This document shows positions 39,980 through 53,625 of a stretch of 64,000 nucleotides of DNA, in pieces. Source of the DNA: Rhina ancylostomus (lineage: Eukaryota); assembly GCA_030265395.1 (NCBI GenBank), contig JARFYF010000112.1, positions 19,150,880 through 19,214,879 of the forward strand. Direction: 5' to 3'. Every line of letters starts with the position of its first letter. Position 1 is the stretch's first letter. A model generated the notes under the pieces. That model searched no databases. It was not told where the DNA came from and saw only the letters and a program-made list of their open reading frames with translations. The position numbers were made by a program, and so were the translations under genes.

Positions 39980-40355
39980 AGAGTCATAGAGTCATGCATC
40001 ACAGAAACAGGCCCTTCAGCCCAACCAGTCCATGCTGACCAAAATGTCCATCTAAGCTAGTCCTTTGTGGCCCAGAACCCTCTAAACGTTTCCTATCCGT
40101 GTACCTGTCCAAGTGTCTTGTAAATGTTGTTTAAATGATCCATGTACTGACCACCTTCTGGGTGGAAAAAGTTGCCTTTCATGTCCCTATTAAATCTTTC
40201 CCCTCTCACCTTAAACCTATGCCCCTTGTGATCTTCTCCTATGCTCCAATGACTAATGTCCTACCCTGCTCAACCTCTTGCTATAGCTCAGTCCCTTGAG
40301 TCCTGGCAAAGTCTTTGTAAATCTTTTCAGCACTCCTTCCAACTTTATGGCATCT
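39980..40355 (-). mobile_element. CR1 LINE 3' fragment with internal deletions
   Basis: Tail agagtcatagagtcat..cagaaacaggcccttcagccc; protein DAIKLEGVLKRFTKTLPGLKGLSYSKRLSRVG. Confidence 0.85.
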
Positions 40356-41449
40356 ACCAATCTTCTTAGCAACATTATGCCACGGTTTACTTTTCTATAA
40401 GGAAGATGTAGTTGTCGGTTCACTACACAGTGAATTCCTTTTTCTAACAAAGTTAGCCCAGGCTTAGTGGCAAGCAGAGATGAAGCAGTCAATATTGAGA
40501 GCAAAGGATAATTAGAGCATGAGGCTTCAGGTGACCACTGAAAGCTGGCTGCAGAGCAGTGTGGGATGGTCTGTGGGAACTATGTTACAATTTGGCAATC
40601 TTGGACAAGGATTGGAGTGCAGTTAAACCCCCAGGAGGTTAAGAAGACAAGAATAGTCCAGTGGAATGTTTTTAAAAAAAGGAACACAACTAGTTTATTT
40701 TTAAAGGGAATTGTGACTGAAGTTCAATCCCATACCATTGTCTGGAACTACATTTTACTGTTAATTTCATTTTAAGTGTTCCATTAACATGCTTCATTTG
40801 TGATCTTTAGCTCTCAGTTTATAATGAGTAGTCTGTAAAGTATGTACTTTCATTTCTTAGGAGTTCTGATATGCAGTGCATAGGCACCAGGGTCTGAAAA
40901 TTGCACCATTTATACTTTGCAAGGGTTGCTGAGTTAGGAATTGTTCGTTAGGCAGGTTGAGCACACCTGGTAAGAGCACAGCATGCCACTGGAGCAGGTC
41001 CAGATTGTGATGCACCGTTAACAACAGTTTTAAAATGAATTGGGCAAGCTCCCACCTCCTGAGGCAATGGGAAACTTCCAAAATATCTTTTTGGTTGAGA
41101 AACAAATACTTTGTGCGATATTGTAAAATGGGTGATGAAGAATCGCATCTTTTCCCAGTTTTAATAGAAATATGAGAATGCAGGAGAGATGCAAAAATCT
41201 TTCAACTATTGGAAGGGTTCATTAACCATGGTAGTATAGAAAAAGATTTCTCGACTAATGCATGCTGTGAATCTATTCAAATAGTCAATTCAACATTAAA
41301 ATTTTAATGTCAGTCTTGCTTAAATTTAAATGTCTGGATTTTGAAAATATTTCCTTGTGTACTAACTTATTTGACGTGCAGAGCAGAACATACCTGCCCA
41401 CATTAGGGGTGACTTGGGTTGCTTGATTAGTGAGGTGTAAGCAGAAGAA

Positions 41450-41925
41450 TCAGCATCAGGTTTATCATCACTGACAGACGTGAAATATGTTGTTTTGCAG
41501 CAACAGTACAGTGCAAAACATTAAAAATTACTACAAGTTACAAAAATAAGTAAGTAGTGCAAAAGAGTAATAATGAGGTGGTGTTCGTGGCCCGTTCAGA
41601 AATCTGATGGCAGAGGGAATAAGCCATTCCTGAAACATTGAGTGTGGGTCTTCGGGTTCCTGTACCTTTTACCTGATGGTAGTAATGTGAAGAGGGTATG
41701 TCCTGAGTGGTGAGGGTCCTTAATGATGGATGCTGCCTTCTTGAGGCACCGCCTCTTGAAGATGTCCTCGATGACGGGAAGGGTTGTGCCTGTGATGGAG
41801 CTGGCTGAGTCTACAACCCTTTGCAGCCTCTTTTGATCCTGCACATTGCAACCTTTATTCCAGGCAGTGATGCAACCAGTCAGAATGCTCTACACCATAC
41901 ATTGTAGAAATTTGCAAGAATACTG
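41450..41925 (-). mobile_element. Rex1/Babar LINE 3' fragment
   Basis: QDQKRLQRVVDSASSITGTTLPVIEDIFKRRCLKKAASIIKDPHHSGHTLFTLLPSGKRYR. Confidence 0.92.
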
Positions 41926-44209
41926 GACCTCAGCAAGTGGTCAAAGAATCTATTGCAATCACATTTGCTGATGGTTAGACTTTGCTAACATTGTTCATCA
42001 ATCAACATGTCCAATGTCTGGTTGAGTTCAGTTCAAAATGGCCATTGAGATTTTGATCCAATGAATAACTAAAATTTGGCTACATGTGCATAAGTGGCTA
42101 TAAATAACTCAGTGGTGGCCAGTGAAGAAGGATCAATTTGTAGTAAATAACTATATTTGTGAAATTTGAATGTTGATCTGTAAAGAATGCAGATTGCAAA
42201 ACCCATGATTAAACCTGTACTGATGGGTGTGTTTTTTAATGTCTATACAACTTCAGTAAGTTAGATAATTTCTGATAGTGCTGTTGAGTTATGCATCCAT
42301 AAGAATCTGAAGCCAAACTAAATCTAGTTTACTGAAAGGATACAAATACCCAGCAAAAATTAATTTGTTATGTCCTGTTTCTCTCTGCTGCTGTAACTAG
42401 ATATAAAAATAGTCCAGTGCAGTTTTCNNNNNNNNNNAGTCATTTATATTCTCTTCTGAAACAGCTCTGGATCAATGGAGATATTTTTCAATCAGGTTGC
42501 AGGTCGACAGTTACTGACCTTTGGTTTCTGTGGCATCCTTACAGTGTATCTCAAAGGCCTTTTGTTGGGCTGAGCACTTCCAAGTTTTAAATCAGTATTA
42601 CGTTTGGTCTTGAAAATGTATTCATCCTTTCATAAAATGACAATAATGTTTGACTTGTTGAATTCCTGGCAACATATTGCAGGCTGGCATGCTTGCTCCT
42701 CCAACTAAACAGTTTTTACAGAGCTCATCTGTACCTGGAAGACTAGCAAGTACATAGAAAAGGGAGGCAGAATGTCTAGCTGCTTGTATTTTATAATGCT
42801 GTACTGTCAGTCAGCCTGCTGGGTGTTGAAGTACTTTGTTTAATATGGTGATAGATTTTAGTTGAATGGCCAAACAAGCTCCTCCATCATATACATTGGG
42901 TAAAGGCACTCTAATGGGGCTTTTATTTTTCAAATTGTGATTATTAAGCGGACCCATTCCTATTACTAAGAGGAAAATTTGAAACTAAATCATATGATTT
43001 TTGTACTCTTAAGTCTTTTGCTTCATATGACATGATTTTTGTGTCAAAAGACCTTTTTGTATGGACACACAATTTCTTCTTTGAGCCGAGTTGAACAGAG
43101 CTGAAATAGGAAATGTTAAATCAGATCTCTGGCCAAGGAGAGTTTATGCAGTTCAGCTTGAGATGATGAGTCAGAGTTGAAAGACATATCATTTTTTCAG
43201 TTTCACCTGTCTGCAGGATGTGAAATGTTTTGGCAGTGGCAGAATTCTGCTTTAGTTCTCCTAGACCATCGCACTTAAAGCAGCTGCACTGGTGATCTCA
43301 GCACAGCTGTCTCATTTAACTGCAGCAATGTTGATGCAAATACGGTAGTTCAAGGTAGTTTGAGGAAGATTTGATAAAGGGTTATTTTATTCCTTTGTAT
43401 TGTATAATTTGTTTATCTCTAAGAAACATGAGCCAGCAGCTATGACTACATCTCGACTGTTCTCGCTGGGCCATGGCCAACCAAGAATTTTAATAGGTTT
43501 TTGGTGCATGGAATCTTGCCAGGCACACACCTTATTTGTGAACAGAGATGGCAGAAACTATAAAGATTAACATTCAAAATGTGGAAGTGTAAATATACGC
43601 CCATATTTCAAATTATGATGGTGCAATGCAGTAAATATTACGTTTGCCAGACTCCTTAGATCTTCCATGAGAATAATTCTTTGAAATGGCCACTGATGCT
43701 CCAGAGTTTCACTTGACCTTCATCTGACTCTTGCATTCCATATCTCCAATTTTAATTAATGTGCCTGCTATTGACTAGACCCTTTTTGAAAATCCCTCTT
43801 TTCAAGTTCTCCACCTAGAACTTCTCTCATAGTCTCTTCATAAAACCCATTCTCTGAGCTTTTGGACATCATCATAATAACTCTTTAAATGATGTGATGT
43901 CAATGTTTGTCCAATGATGCACCTGTGAAGTGCAGTGAAGGCTTCTACATCATTCAAGGCACTATCTCAATGCCGTTGTAGGTTTTCAGCTTACCATTCA
44001 GGTGTAAAGCTGGCATTAAGGATCTGTCACCTGTTATAAAAACTGCTGGATTTTAATTTTCATTGGAAGTGTAAATCAGCTACCAGTTAAAATGGAAAGC
44101 AGATATGCAATATGGTTTTAGTCCCATGTGTTGAATTGGAAAATTAATCTACAGCTTTCAAGTGATTTTGACAGAATCACTTCAATTTATTGCCACTATT
44201 TTCATTCAG

Positions 44210-44348
44210 CTTTAGAAGAGGAACAGTTCAAGGATTTGAACATTATGGTTATCAATGATAGGCAGAACACCAATGTGCTCACTGAGACTTTTCCAAAACC
44301 AGAAGTGACCCACAAAGTGAAAAAGCTTGTAAGGGGCCCAGCGCTTCT
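44210..44348 (+). other. Candidate 139-nt coding exon
   Basis: ctattttcattcag| open frame (x)LEEEQFKDLNIMVINDRQNTNVLTETFPKPEVTHKVKKLVRGPAL |gtaagt; protein not recognised. Confidence 0.25.
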
Positions 44349-44619
44349 GTAAGTGAGAAGTGCAGGATGTTGGTGGGATGACACGGGACACAATGTAAAG
44401 ATCTAGAAAGCAAGAATTGAAATAAGTGACTGTGTTTCCATTTTCTTCTGTTAATTTGTACATAAAAGTAGGAGATAAAACTTATCTGAACATGAATCTC
44501 CATTCATTTGGATTGTGGCTTTATTCCACATCTCTTGTTCCCTCTGACGGACCATCAGTCACTGTCTTAGCAACTTTAGTTAACACAACTTCTGCAGTTT
44601 TCCAGGATTTCAGATTTCC

Positions 44620-44840
44620 TCTATTCTGTTTGTGAAATACTTAGCATCTATGCAAGGAGAGACAGAATTAGTAGTTCGCAATCTTTCATCAGCACTGGAA
44701 AAGGTTTTAAACTTGCCTTTTTTTCATTCCCAGTTATCAACCTGAAGCATTAGGTGTGCTTGTGACTCCATGGTTCCTGAAATGCTCAATGTTTCTACTA
44801 TTTTCTGTTTGTGGATTTCTAGCATCTGTTGTATTTCAGT
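44620..44840. mobile_element. Penelope-type palindromic element remnant, heavily decayed
   Basis: ctttcatcag (CTGATGAAAG on the minus strand) with a mirrored arm ..caacctgaa...tattttctgttt..atttctagcatctg. Confidence 0.5.
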
Positions 44841-46399
44841 TTTGGGAGAAAATGTTTCCTGATTTCACGCAACACCTGTCTCTGAGATTACAGATTCTGC
44901 CACTTGAGGGAGCAGATTCAGGGAAACTATGAAATGATTTTATTATTAAATACCTCACTTTAGATCATCTTTCAGTAATCAGAGATGAAAGCTACATATT
45001 CCAGTCAAATAAACATGAGAAGGGTTGATGCTCGGGTCTTTGATGTAAAATATATGTTTTTTAAAAAATCGACAATGAAGTAAACATATGAAATGGAATA
45101 ACTGTAATTGTGTCTGTTCTCAGCTCTGAAATACCTGGCACCTAAGCTTTCAATTCCCCTCCCTTCACTTTGCCTCCTCTCTCCTTTCAACTTTCTCTTT
45201 GAAATCTTACCTCTTTGAAAAAAGCCATTAGCCTCCTCTCCTACCATCTATTGATGTGGCTTCCTTTTGCACTTTATTTGACAACACTCCTGAGAAGCAG
45301 TTTTGGATATTTTACAAAATTAACAATGCTATTCAAATGCAGGTTTTTTGTTGAAATTATTTGAAACAACAAAAATGTCATTCTGCAGATAGATGTGATT
45401 TCCATTACACTTTTATTAAGTGCACAGAGTCTCTGAAAAATGATGTTAAAATCTCAACAGAACAAGATTTTGGCATTGTTTCAGACTGTTGCCACCCAAC
45501 TATCAATGCATGGCAACAAATAAACTGCAATAAGCCATGATTATAATAAAGGATTTTTGGGTGACTATTGATCATTTACCTTCCTAATGCAACACAGACA
45601 AACCAAGGGCAAAAAGTTCATTTGGAATCATGAAAGCTCTTCACTTTACACCTGTCGTGCAGTTACTAGTAATGTGCATATTTCTTCCAAAATTACACAT
45701 CATTCATTAAATATACAGTTATAGGAGTAGGGCATGGTATTGTCTTTATTCACACCATCAAGCAGATCATTATTTTCCCTTACAACCTTTCCAGTATGTC
45801 CATATTGCCATTACCACATCCACCTTTACAGGATATAGTGTGCTTTGTCATCTCTCAACTCCCACCAATCCAATTATACTGGTTTTAGTGCATACATGAC
45901 TTGTCATAATAAAATTACATTTTTTTATGTGCATGTGACATGTCAGGTCCAGTCCAGCTACTGGTTGTTGTGTCCATGTGACTTCTCATTACTATTGGAT
46001 CACAGCTTGGTGTGTAAAATCCAGTTCAATTATGAGATTTGGGTGCTGATGGAAAAGTTTGCAGTCATTTTGTGGTGGGAATGTGAAATAGGCCAAAAAC
46101 TAAATTGAAAGTACATGGAAGTTTCATTATAAACTTTTACCAAAGCAGAGCAAAACACTATACTCAAGCTGGATAAATGGCAGTGATTCCTGCTGCTGAA
46201 CCAGCCATAGGCAGTGAGAGAATGTCTGTAATATAATGTGGATCACCCTCTCTGTGCAGCTGCAATGTTTGGAGATGTATTGTGTCTTAGAATGGAAACA
46301 AGGACAAGGGAAGGGCAGCTTAGTGAACCTGGAATTCAACAGGAGATTATGTGTCAGAATAGAAAGATGATTTATGTGTCACCCCATTCACCTATAAAC

Positions 46400-46615
46400 A
46401 GCATTTTGAGCATGAAATTTCCAGAATGTGGTTAGAATATGAATCTCACTCCCATAAGGAGCAGTTGAGATGATTATAATAGATGCACTTGAGGGGCTTG
46501 AGATCAGCATGTGAGGGAGAAGCATACATGTTTAGTTGAAGAGGGATGCCTGTGTAGGAATAAGCACTGGCCCAGTGGGACCAAATAGCCTGTTCCCATG
46601 TGTTGGGCTTTACAT
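46400..46615 (+). mobile_element. CR1 3' end, decayed
   Basis: cagaatgtggttagaatatgaatctcactccc...ggaccaaatagcctgttcccatgtg. Confidence 0.6.
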
Positions 46616-46744
46616 AAGACAGCAACTCATTGATGTGGGGACGGACCTGAAGTTCACATCCATGACAGGGACAGCAGTCTTCGGTTGTCAGAGTAACCGC
46701 TGCCTTGTACTTTGCTCGAACCATTGCTCAGCTTGCACCACATG

Positions 46745-46840
46745 ATTGCGTCATGCAGGTCAAAGGTGCCTTGTTTACACATCTTACTCAGTCCATCTAA
46801 TTGTGTGCCAAAAGCACTCGGCAACCCAACTTTGCCCTGA
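46745..46840. promoter_or_regulatory. Enhancer-like motif cluster
   Basis: ATTGCGTCA (C/EBP-CRE composite), AGGTCAAAGGTGC (DR1), TGTTTAC (forkhead), CAACTTTGCCCT (HNF4-like); locally more CpG. Confidence 0.4.
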
Positions 46841-48070
46841 AACGGTGGCTCGTCACGGGGAATGAACAAGAGAAAAAGGCAGCAGTAATCAGTGACCCCA
46901 GTGAAAAGCCAAACAGAATCCAGGAGAGCTGTCAGAGGACCAGTCAAGCAGTCACTTTACAAAGTCTGCAAACAATTGCACATTCATTAGTTCCTGAATT
47001 CCCTGTAGATTAATTAGAGGCTATCTTACCTTAACATTTACCTCACTTTATCTTGAGGCAATTTAGACACAAATGTTTCCCCACCCCTGCAGACAAAGAA
47101 TTGTAAAGAGATAGGTGGTAAATAAAAGATGAAGATGCCAATATGCCTGTCTGGTATGTCTGCTCCGGTTCTTCTCCTTGTCAAAACCTGCAGATGTGGA
47201 TCAGTGCCCAGAGGAAAGCCCACATAAGTCAGGCAGCATGAAATATCCATACATGCACATCTCTGCAGCTAAATCGCAGAATACTAATGGTCACTAGCCA
47301 GTGCAGTTTCATGGACCAAAGAAATGTTGTTCATTTAATGAAGGTGGGAAAAAAACACACGTAACTACTACCCACTTTGAGGGCCTTGGAAGTATTTTTG
47401 AAGGACCCTTTTTCAAATGGGCACTGAACATGAAGAACACTTACCAGGCACTGAGTCACATTATGAGGTTTTTCCATAGATTACAGAGAGCCTTAATGAG
47501 CCCTCTGCTCAGTATGTGTGTGTAGCCTGCATTCTTGTGCCTTGCGCTGATGTGTACAGTGGATTGAATCATCAGACTTGTAAAATGTGGCAAATATCCC
47601 CAATGAGGTTTGAAATTTTGGAATATTAAAGTTTGCCTTTTATCAAAAAATGCAATCTGTTTTCTGATATTTTGATGGAATGGCCAATAAAGGCTGGATT
47701 TACCAGTTACACCCACATTCTTAGACAAATAAACAACATTTTAGTATGTCAATTTTCCCCTCAGACCTTTCAACTTCACAAACTTTGTTTTGTATATCGT
47801 TTATTGATCAATAAAGAACCAGGGTTTTCTCACAAACTTATTCTCTTGCCTTTTGATGTGTATAGCATGTGTTGCACTTATGTATTTTTTGAAAAAAATC
47901 ATATGAATTCTAACTTGAGAGTTCCTTCACACTGGCAAATCTTCCATGAGTAATCTCTGCTCAACTACGACTTAAAGGGAAAGCTCTGTGAACAAACTAT
48001 GACTCCTGGCTGACAGTGGGTTAGCTGAGAATGCTGGTTTCTGACAACAGTTTATTTTCCTGGATGGTGC

Positions 48071-48344
48071 TGTTACGGACTAGGTTACAATTAGTGAGGT
48101 TCCTTTAAGATAGTGTGTGTGTGTGTGTGGGGCGTGTTTACGTCAACAGAAGATAANNNNNNNNNNNNNNNNNNNNNNNNNNNNNNNNNNNNNNNNNNNN
48201 NNNNNNNNNNNNNNNNNNNNNNNNNNNNNNNNNNNNNNNNNNNNNNNNNNNNNNNNTACTTATTATCATAAGTAGTTATTAATAAAGTAGTTTTTAACAC
48301 TTATACGTGTCTCAGTGTGTTTCTGTTGTTGCTAGTTCGTAACA
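48071..48344 (+). mobile_element. LTR (solo, or collapsed LTR retrotransposon; Gypsy-like) spanning a gap
   Basis: Starts TGTTACGGACTAG and ends CTAGTTCGTAACA (12/13 inverted match, TG...CA); AATAAA at 48281; flanks gtgc/gtac (near 4-bp TSD). Confidence 0.75.
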
Positions 48345-49124
48345 GTACTGTAAACAAACACCACTGGTGTAACACAATGATGTTCGTGCAGCTTTGCAAG
48401 GATGTTAATGTTACATTTTTAAAAATGTGTGTAACGGGAGACCAGAGTGGGGAGATGAAGGAGGTTCTTTAGCATTTACAGGATCTGAACTAGTTCATGC
48501 TTGCATTGAATACCTGCAGCATGAAGATATTATTGTTCTTCTATCAGCCAAAAAATAATCCTGTTGCTCAGGTTAACTTCAGAAGAGTTTGGGTTTTGTT
48601 AATAGCCTGTAAGGAGGAACAAAAAAACAGCAATGTACCCACCATCCAGGAAGGAAAGTCTTTGTCAGAAACCATCATTCTCAGCTAACCCATTGCCAGG
48701 AACCAGTCTCAAGAAGAGTCTTGCTCAAGGACTGCTCTCTGGGATATTACAATGTGTAGACCATAGGTTTGCAACTGCAATTTTCCCACACAGTGGGCTG
48801 CTGTTTCACTTGTGTGTTGTGGAGACCAGGCATTTCTTCAGTCTCAAAGTTGAGGATCAATGGTTCCATCAATTAGCCAGCACCATTTTACAGGGCCCTC
48901 TTTACTTGCTGCTACAGTGTTGGGATAATCCTGCCTTTGTAGCATTGCTCCATTTTCTGTTGCCAGAGGGAGAGATTAGCATTTTGAGAGGAAGAGCAGT
49001 TTGTGACAGTCCAGTTTTCTCGTCTCTCACCTGAGCATCCAAAGTACAGAGAACAACAGAGACCATGGACCAGTTTTGATCAGCAGAGGCTGCTCTATGA
49101 TTGGTCCTGTTGGTCTTGGAATGG

Positions 49125-49500
49125 ACATTCATAATGTGCCCTTCGGTTGCCCCAAAGAACTTTACAGCTAATGAAACATTTTCAAAATGTACTCACTGTT
49201 GTAATGCTAAATTACAAAAGAGTGTTAATGCAATGACCAACAAGTTTAAGAATAAATACTGGGGAGATCCCCCAATTGTCTTTTGAGAAGGGTGTAATGG
49301 AATCTTTTATTCCCCCTGAAAAGCTAGAAGAGGCTCTGTTTATTCCTTCACCTGAAAGGCATTGGTTCTGACAGTTTCATGCTCTATCAGTACCATATGG
49401 AGTAACAGTCTAGAACCAGTGCTCATTTCTCAATCCTGGTCTAGAACCCGCTACATTATCCCTCTGAGACTGGAGTATTGTCTACCAGCCAAGTGGACAA
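49125..49500 (-). mobile_element. SacSINE1-like SINE, decayed
   Basis: ccaaagaactttacagctaatgaa..tgtactcactgttgtaatg; aatggaatctttta; head ccctctgagactggagt. Confidence 0.65.
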
Positions 49501-50345
49501 GAGAGGTTGATGAATGCAGAGCTGGGCTGAGAAGTACCAAATGGAATTCAACCCGGATAAGTGTGAAGTGATATCCTTCAGGAGATCGAATTTGAAGGCA
49601 GAATACAAGGATTAATGGCAGGACTCTTAGCAGTGTGGAGGAACAGAGGGATCTAGGTGTCCACGTCCATAGATCCCTCAAGGTTGCCNNNNNNNNNNNN
49701 NNNNNNNNNNNNNNNNNNNNNNNNNNNNNNNNNNNNNNNNNNNNNNNNNNNNNNNNNNNNNNNNNNNNNNNNNNNNNNNNNNNNNNNNNNNNNNNNNNNN
49801 NNNNNNNNNNNNNNNNNNNNNNNNNNNNNNNNNNNNNNNNNNNNNNNNNNNNNNNNNNNNNNNNNNNNNNNNNNNNNNNNNNNNNNNNNNNNNNNNNNNN
49901 NNNNNNNNNNNNNNNNNNNNNNNNNNNNNNNNNNNNNNNNNNNNNNNNNNNNNNNNNNNNNNNNNNNNNNNNNNNNNNNNNNNNNNNNNNNNNNNNNNNN
50001 NNNNNNNNNNNNNNNNNNNNNNNNAGTCAGAGACTTTTTCCCAGGGTGACAATGGCTAACACAAGGGGACATAATTTTAAGGTGATTGGAGGAAGGTATA
50101 ATAGGGAGTCAGGGGTAAGTTTTTTTTTATACAGCAAGTGGTGGGTGCGTAGAACACACTGCCAGTAGAGGTTGTGGGGACAGATACTTTAGGGACATTT
50201 AAGAGACTCTTAGATAGCCCCCCATTTCTCTTTCATCCATGGGCCTATGTGGGAGGATAGGGTTAGATAGATCTTAGAGCAGGATAAAATGTCGGCATAA
50301 CATTGTGGGCTGAAGGGCCTGTACTGTGCTGTAATGTTCTATGTA
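49500..50345 (+). mobile_element. CR1 (HER1-like) LINE 3' portion, partly in a gap
   Basis: WAEKYQMEFNPDKCEVI..NGRTLSSVEEQRDLGVHVHRSLKVA; QRLFPRVTMANTRGHNFKVIGGRY; tail gggctgaagggcctgtactgtgctgtaatgttctatg. Confidence 0.92.
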
Positions 50346-53300
50346 GGTGGGAATGAAGCAGCACTGCATGTCAGGGATGGACGTGAATGGAGAGTGAGAT
50401 GTGTACTTGGAGTAAAAAGCTGCCAAAGCTGATGTGGAAGCAAATGGTCCCTGTACTGTATTGTGGGTGTAAGCTTCATAGAGCCCACTACTGATGGAAA
50501 TTTTAGCCATCTGGTCCATGGTTTTGGTGGTTCTTTGCATTGTGGTTGTTCAAGTGAGATAGAAGAAAATTGGACAGTCATGAGCTTCTCCTTTACTCCT
50601 TCAATATGAGCAGGTAAAAATAGGAATTCTCGAAGTTGCTGCAGTGTGTAATTGGCATATGTTTGTAGGCAGGTCTTTGTTGCAGCTGGATCTTTTCCTT
50701 TCAACTCGATCTGTTGTGCTTTGAAGAAAATCTGAGAGCTACTTTTACAGCATTTTGATAGAAGGAAATTCATGCTCGCTGTTGGAAATCCAATTCCTAT
50801 TAATGTCAACATGTAAAAATACTGGTGGACTAGAGTAGTGTAGCCCCAGTGGCATATTGTGCAATCTTCTTGAGGGCCTCTCTCCATCCTTCTTTGTCAG
50901 TATATCTCCATTTCTTTCCTCTCCTGAAGGTTTTTGGGTTGCCCGGATTTGCACAAGTCGTAAATGAATCTTGATAGGAAATGCTGTCCTGCCATCCAGC
51001 AGCAGAAGTATGAAGCCTGGGCCCTATCTTCATTCCACACAGGCACCTCCAGCATCTATTAACAAATGGGGGAAGCAATAAATAAATCCTTTCTCTCCCT
51101 AACCAAGTGGCACTGACAGCAGCTTTCACATCTTTCCCATAGCTCTGACTGGCTAGCACACTGGGTACATACCAGACATTTAGTGTGGAACCTTCCTCAT
51201 CTGTCCAGCAAAGTTAGCAGCTTGGTCAACCTTCTCAAACAGAGGTATTTGAGTTGCAGTAATAAAGTATTAATCCATTCTGAAACCCATTAAGCCATCT
51301 CTCATCTATCCTGTAAGTTTTCCTCCAGGCAACACATGCACAGACTTTTGAAGAAAGCATATTTGAGTTTGAAAGAAAAGTAGAGCTAAAAGCTCTATAA
51401 ACAAATTCCTATGTTGAATGTAAACTAAACTATTGCATTAAAAATAGATAAATGATTAAATATAGAAACTGAAAGAATTCCTAATGTTTGCAGCAATTTT
51501 TGCCACACTGAAAGTTATAAATGAAGCAGAATTTACCATTATCTCAAAATAATGCAGATAATTTTGAACTGTCTCTAGGGAGTGCTGTGGAAATTCCCAT
51601 TTGATAGGCTTATTTTTCCAGCTGCAGTTTCTAAATTTCATATCCATCAGGGAATTTATATATTCAATTTATATGCAATTATTTAGTGATCAATTGTGTT
51701 ATGGGGGAGCAGGTTAAAACGATTTTATGATTATTTTGACTGGTCTGCTTGATATCAGATGGTGGATGCTCAGTAACAATTTGTGGGGGTAAAAAAAACC
51801 AAGTCAATGAATTGCAGTAAGATTTCAAGAGGTAGGATTTATTAGAAGAAGCTGCAAATTTTTCAATTTAGGAATGTGCACTCTCATAGTAATACCTGTA
51901 TTTAAACAATGGGCTTGTCAGGCCAGGCTTCTCTTGGTTCCATGTAAACCAGTACACCCTGCTCCAAACTGGCAACAATTTCCAAGCCCCGTGCCTCCTT
52001 TTCTGGGTCAGCCTGGGCGAGCAGGGTGCATGTGTACCCATCAGTACTGCCAACCTGACCAGTCAAAGGGCAGCAAAGCCCATTAAGAGCCAATGACCAT
52101 CCAGACCTGGAGAGTGCCACCACGTCATTCTGGCCACAGAATTGCCTAGGAGGAAAAGCACCTCCACTGACTCCACAGCAAAACAGCAAAGAAGCTGATG
52201 AATGACAGCAGCCAAGCACAGCATGGGGTGGAGGAGGATTGCTTCAGCACTTAAGGTCACACCAGCTGTGGGACTGACTTGAGAGGTGCAACTTTCCATC
52301 GACCACCTCACCTTGTTCCCAGAAGGCTCTGCTGACACTCTGAGCCTTGATAGACATTATTCTGCCAAAATACCCTTTCCACTTGTGGTTATGCAGTTTA
52401 GTTGGAGAACTAAGTCTAATTCTATCCTGGGCTGACATCCTCACCTTAATTTTGGACGGAGAGGGAGTTGGTTGGAAGGCAGTCATGGATTGATGCACTT
52501 TCCATTAAAGTGAGCAAGATAGAGCAGTAACCCTTGTTGACTTCAACCCTTGGTCCCCAACTCCTGAACTGTGGGACATCAATATTGCTCAACCAGCACT
52601 CACCAGCAAACTGTTGTGAAACTTATGCATTTTGAATGGTGTAGATAAGGAGCAAAATTTGGAGATGGAATGAGTCATGTGCTGCACAGATGGAAGAATC
52701 CCAGGAGAACGTTTCACTGCCTGCCTGTGGATTTGCTCAGCCCTGGGGAAAGAACATTGGCAAGAGGGTATGTGGCTGACTCCATGTGTTACATTAACAG
52801 CATTTAGATTGACTTAAAATAGAAGTCTTGATATTGTATTAGTAATGAGACATGCCATTATTTGAACAGTTTGTTACTGCACTTGTACACCAAGTGGAGG
52901 ATGCCAAACAATTCTGGCTGATGCTCAATTATAATTGTGTCAATTTGCTTTGAAAATGAACTGTGCCTATTCATTTCCCAAAGAATCTGCCCAGAGCTAC
53001 TTACAATTTGAAAATGCCTTTCAAATCTGTTCTTTGTTAGGATGTGTTTTATGATGTATGAAATTTCAATATTGTACATGGATAACCTGTAGAGAAGATG
53101 AGAAAATCTGCTGTTTTCTAGTATGGAATGCTGCCTTCCTATGTTTTCAGTATCTCTCTCCAGGCTGGATGGGCTCCAAGCAGGAGTTCTTGGTGTCTAT
53201 GTTATTGTGATTGGGTGCAAGGTGCTCCAGTGTCTGTACGCTTGGCTGTTCTCCTGTGATTCGTGGGCTTTAATGTGGATTCTCCTCGCCTGCTGCTCAC

Positions 53301-53504
53301 CACATTTGTAGCCTGGGCCTCACACAGAGCAGCTCTTGGTGCCAGCATTTTCTCCAGCTGTAGTTTCTTGCTGTAACACTTGTTAAAGTATCAAGTCCAG
53401 TGCGTAGCAACTCACTCCTGACTAGTCTTGACTATGAAACAACCAAAGGCCTTAAACTCCATTACTAACCCACAATGAGAAAAGTAGATGTGTCCTCGTT
53501 GCTG

Positions 53505-53625
53505 TTCGTGTTAGTGTTCGTTAGTGTTAGTGTGTGCTTGTGTTTGCCTTAGTGAGTGTCGGTGTTTGTGTATATATTTGTGTTAGCGTTTGCGTCAGTG
53601 TGTGTTGGTGTTATTGCGTTTTGGG
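53505..53625 (+). repeat. Degenerate (GTGTTA/GTGTTT)n low-complexity repeat
   Basis: gttcgtgttagtgttcgttagtgttagtgtgtgcttgtgtttg... Confidence 0.8.
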
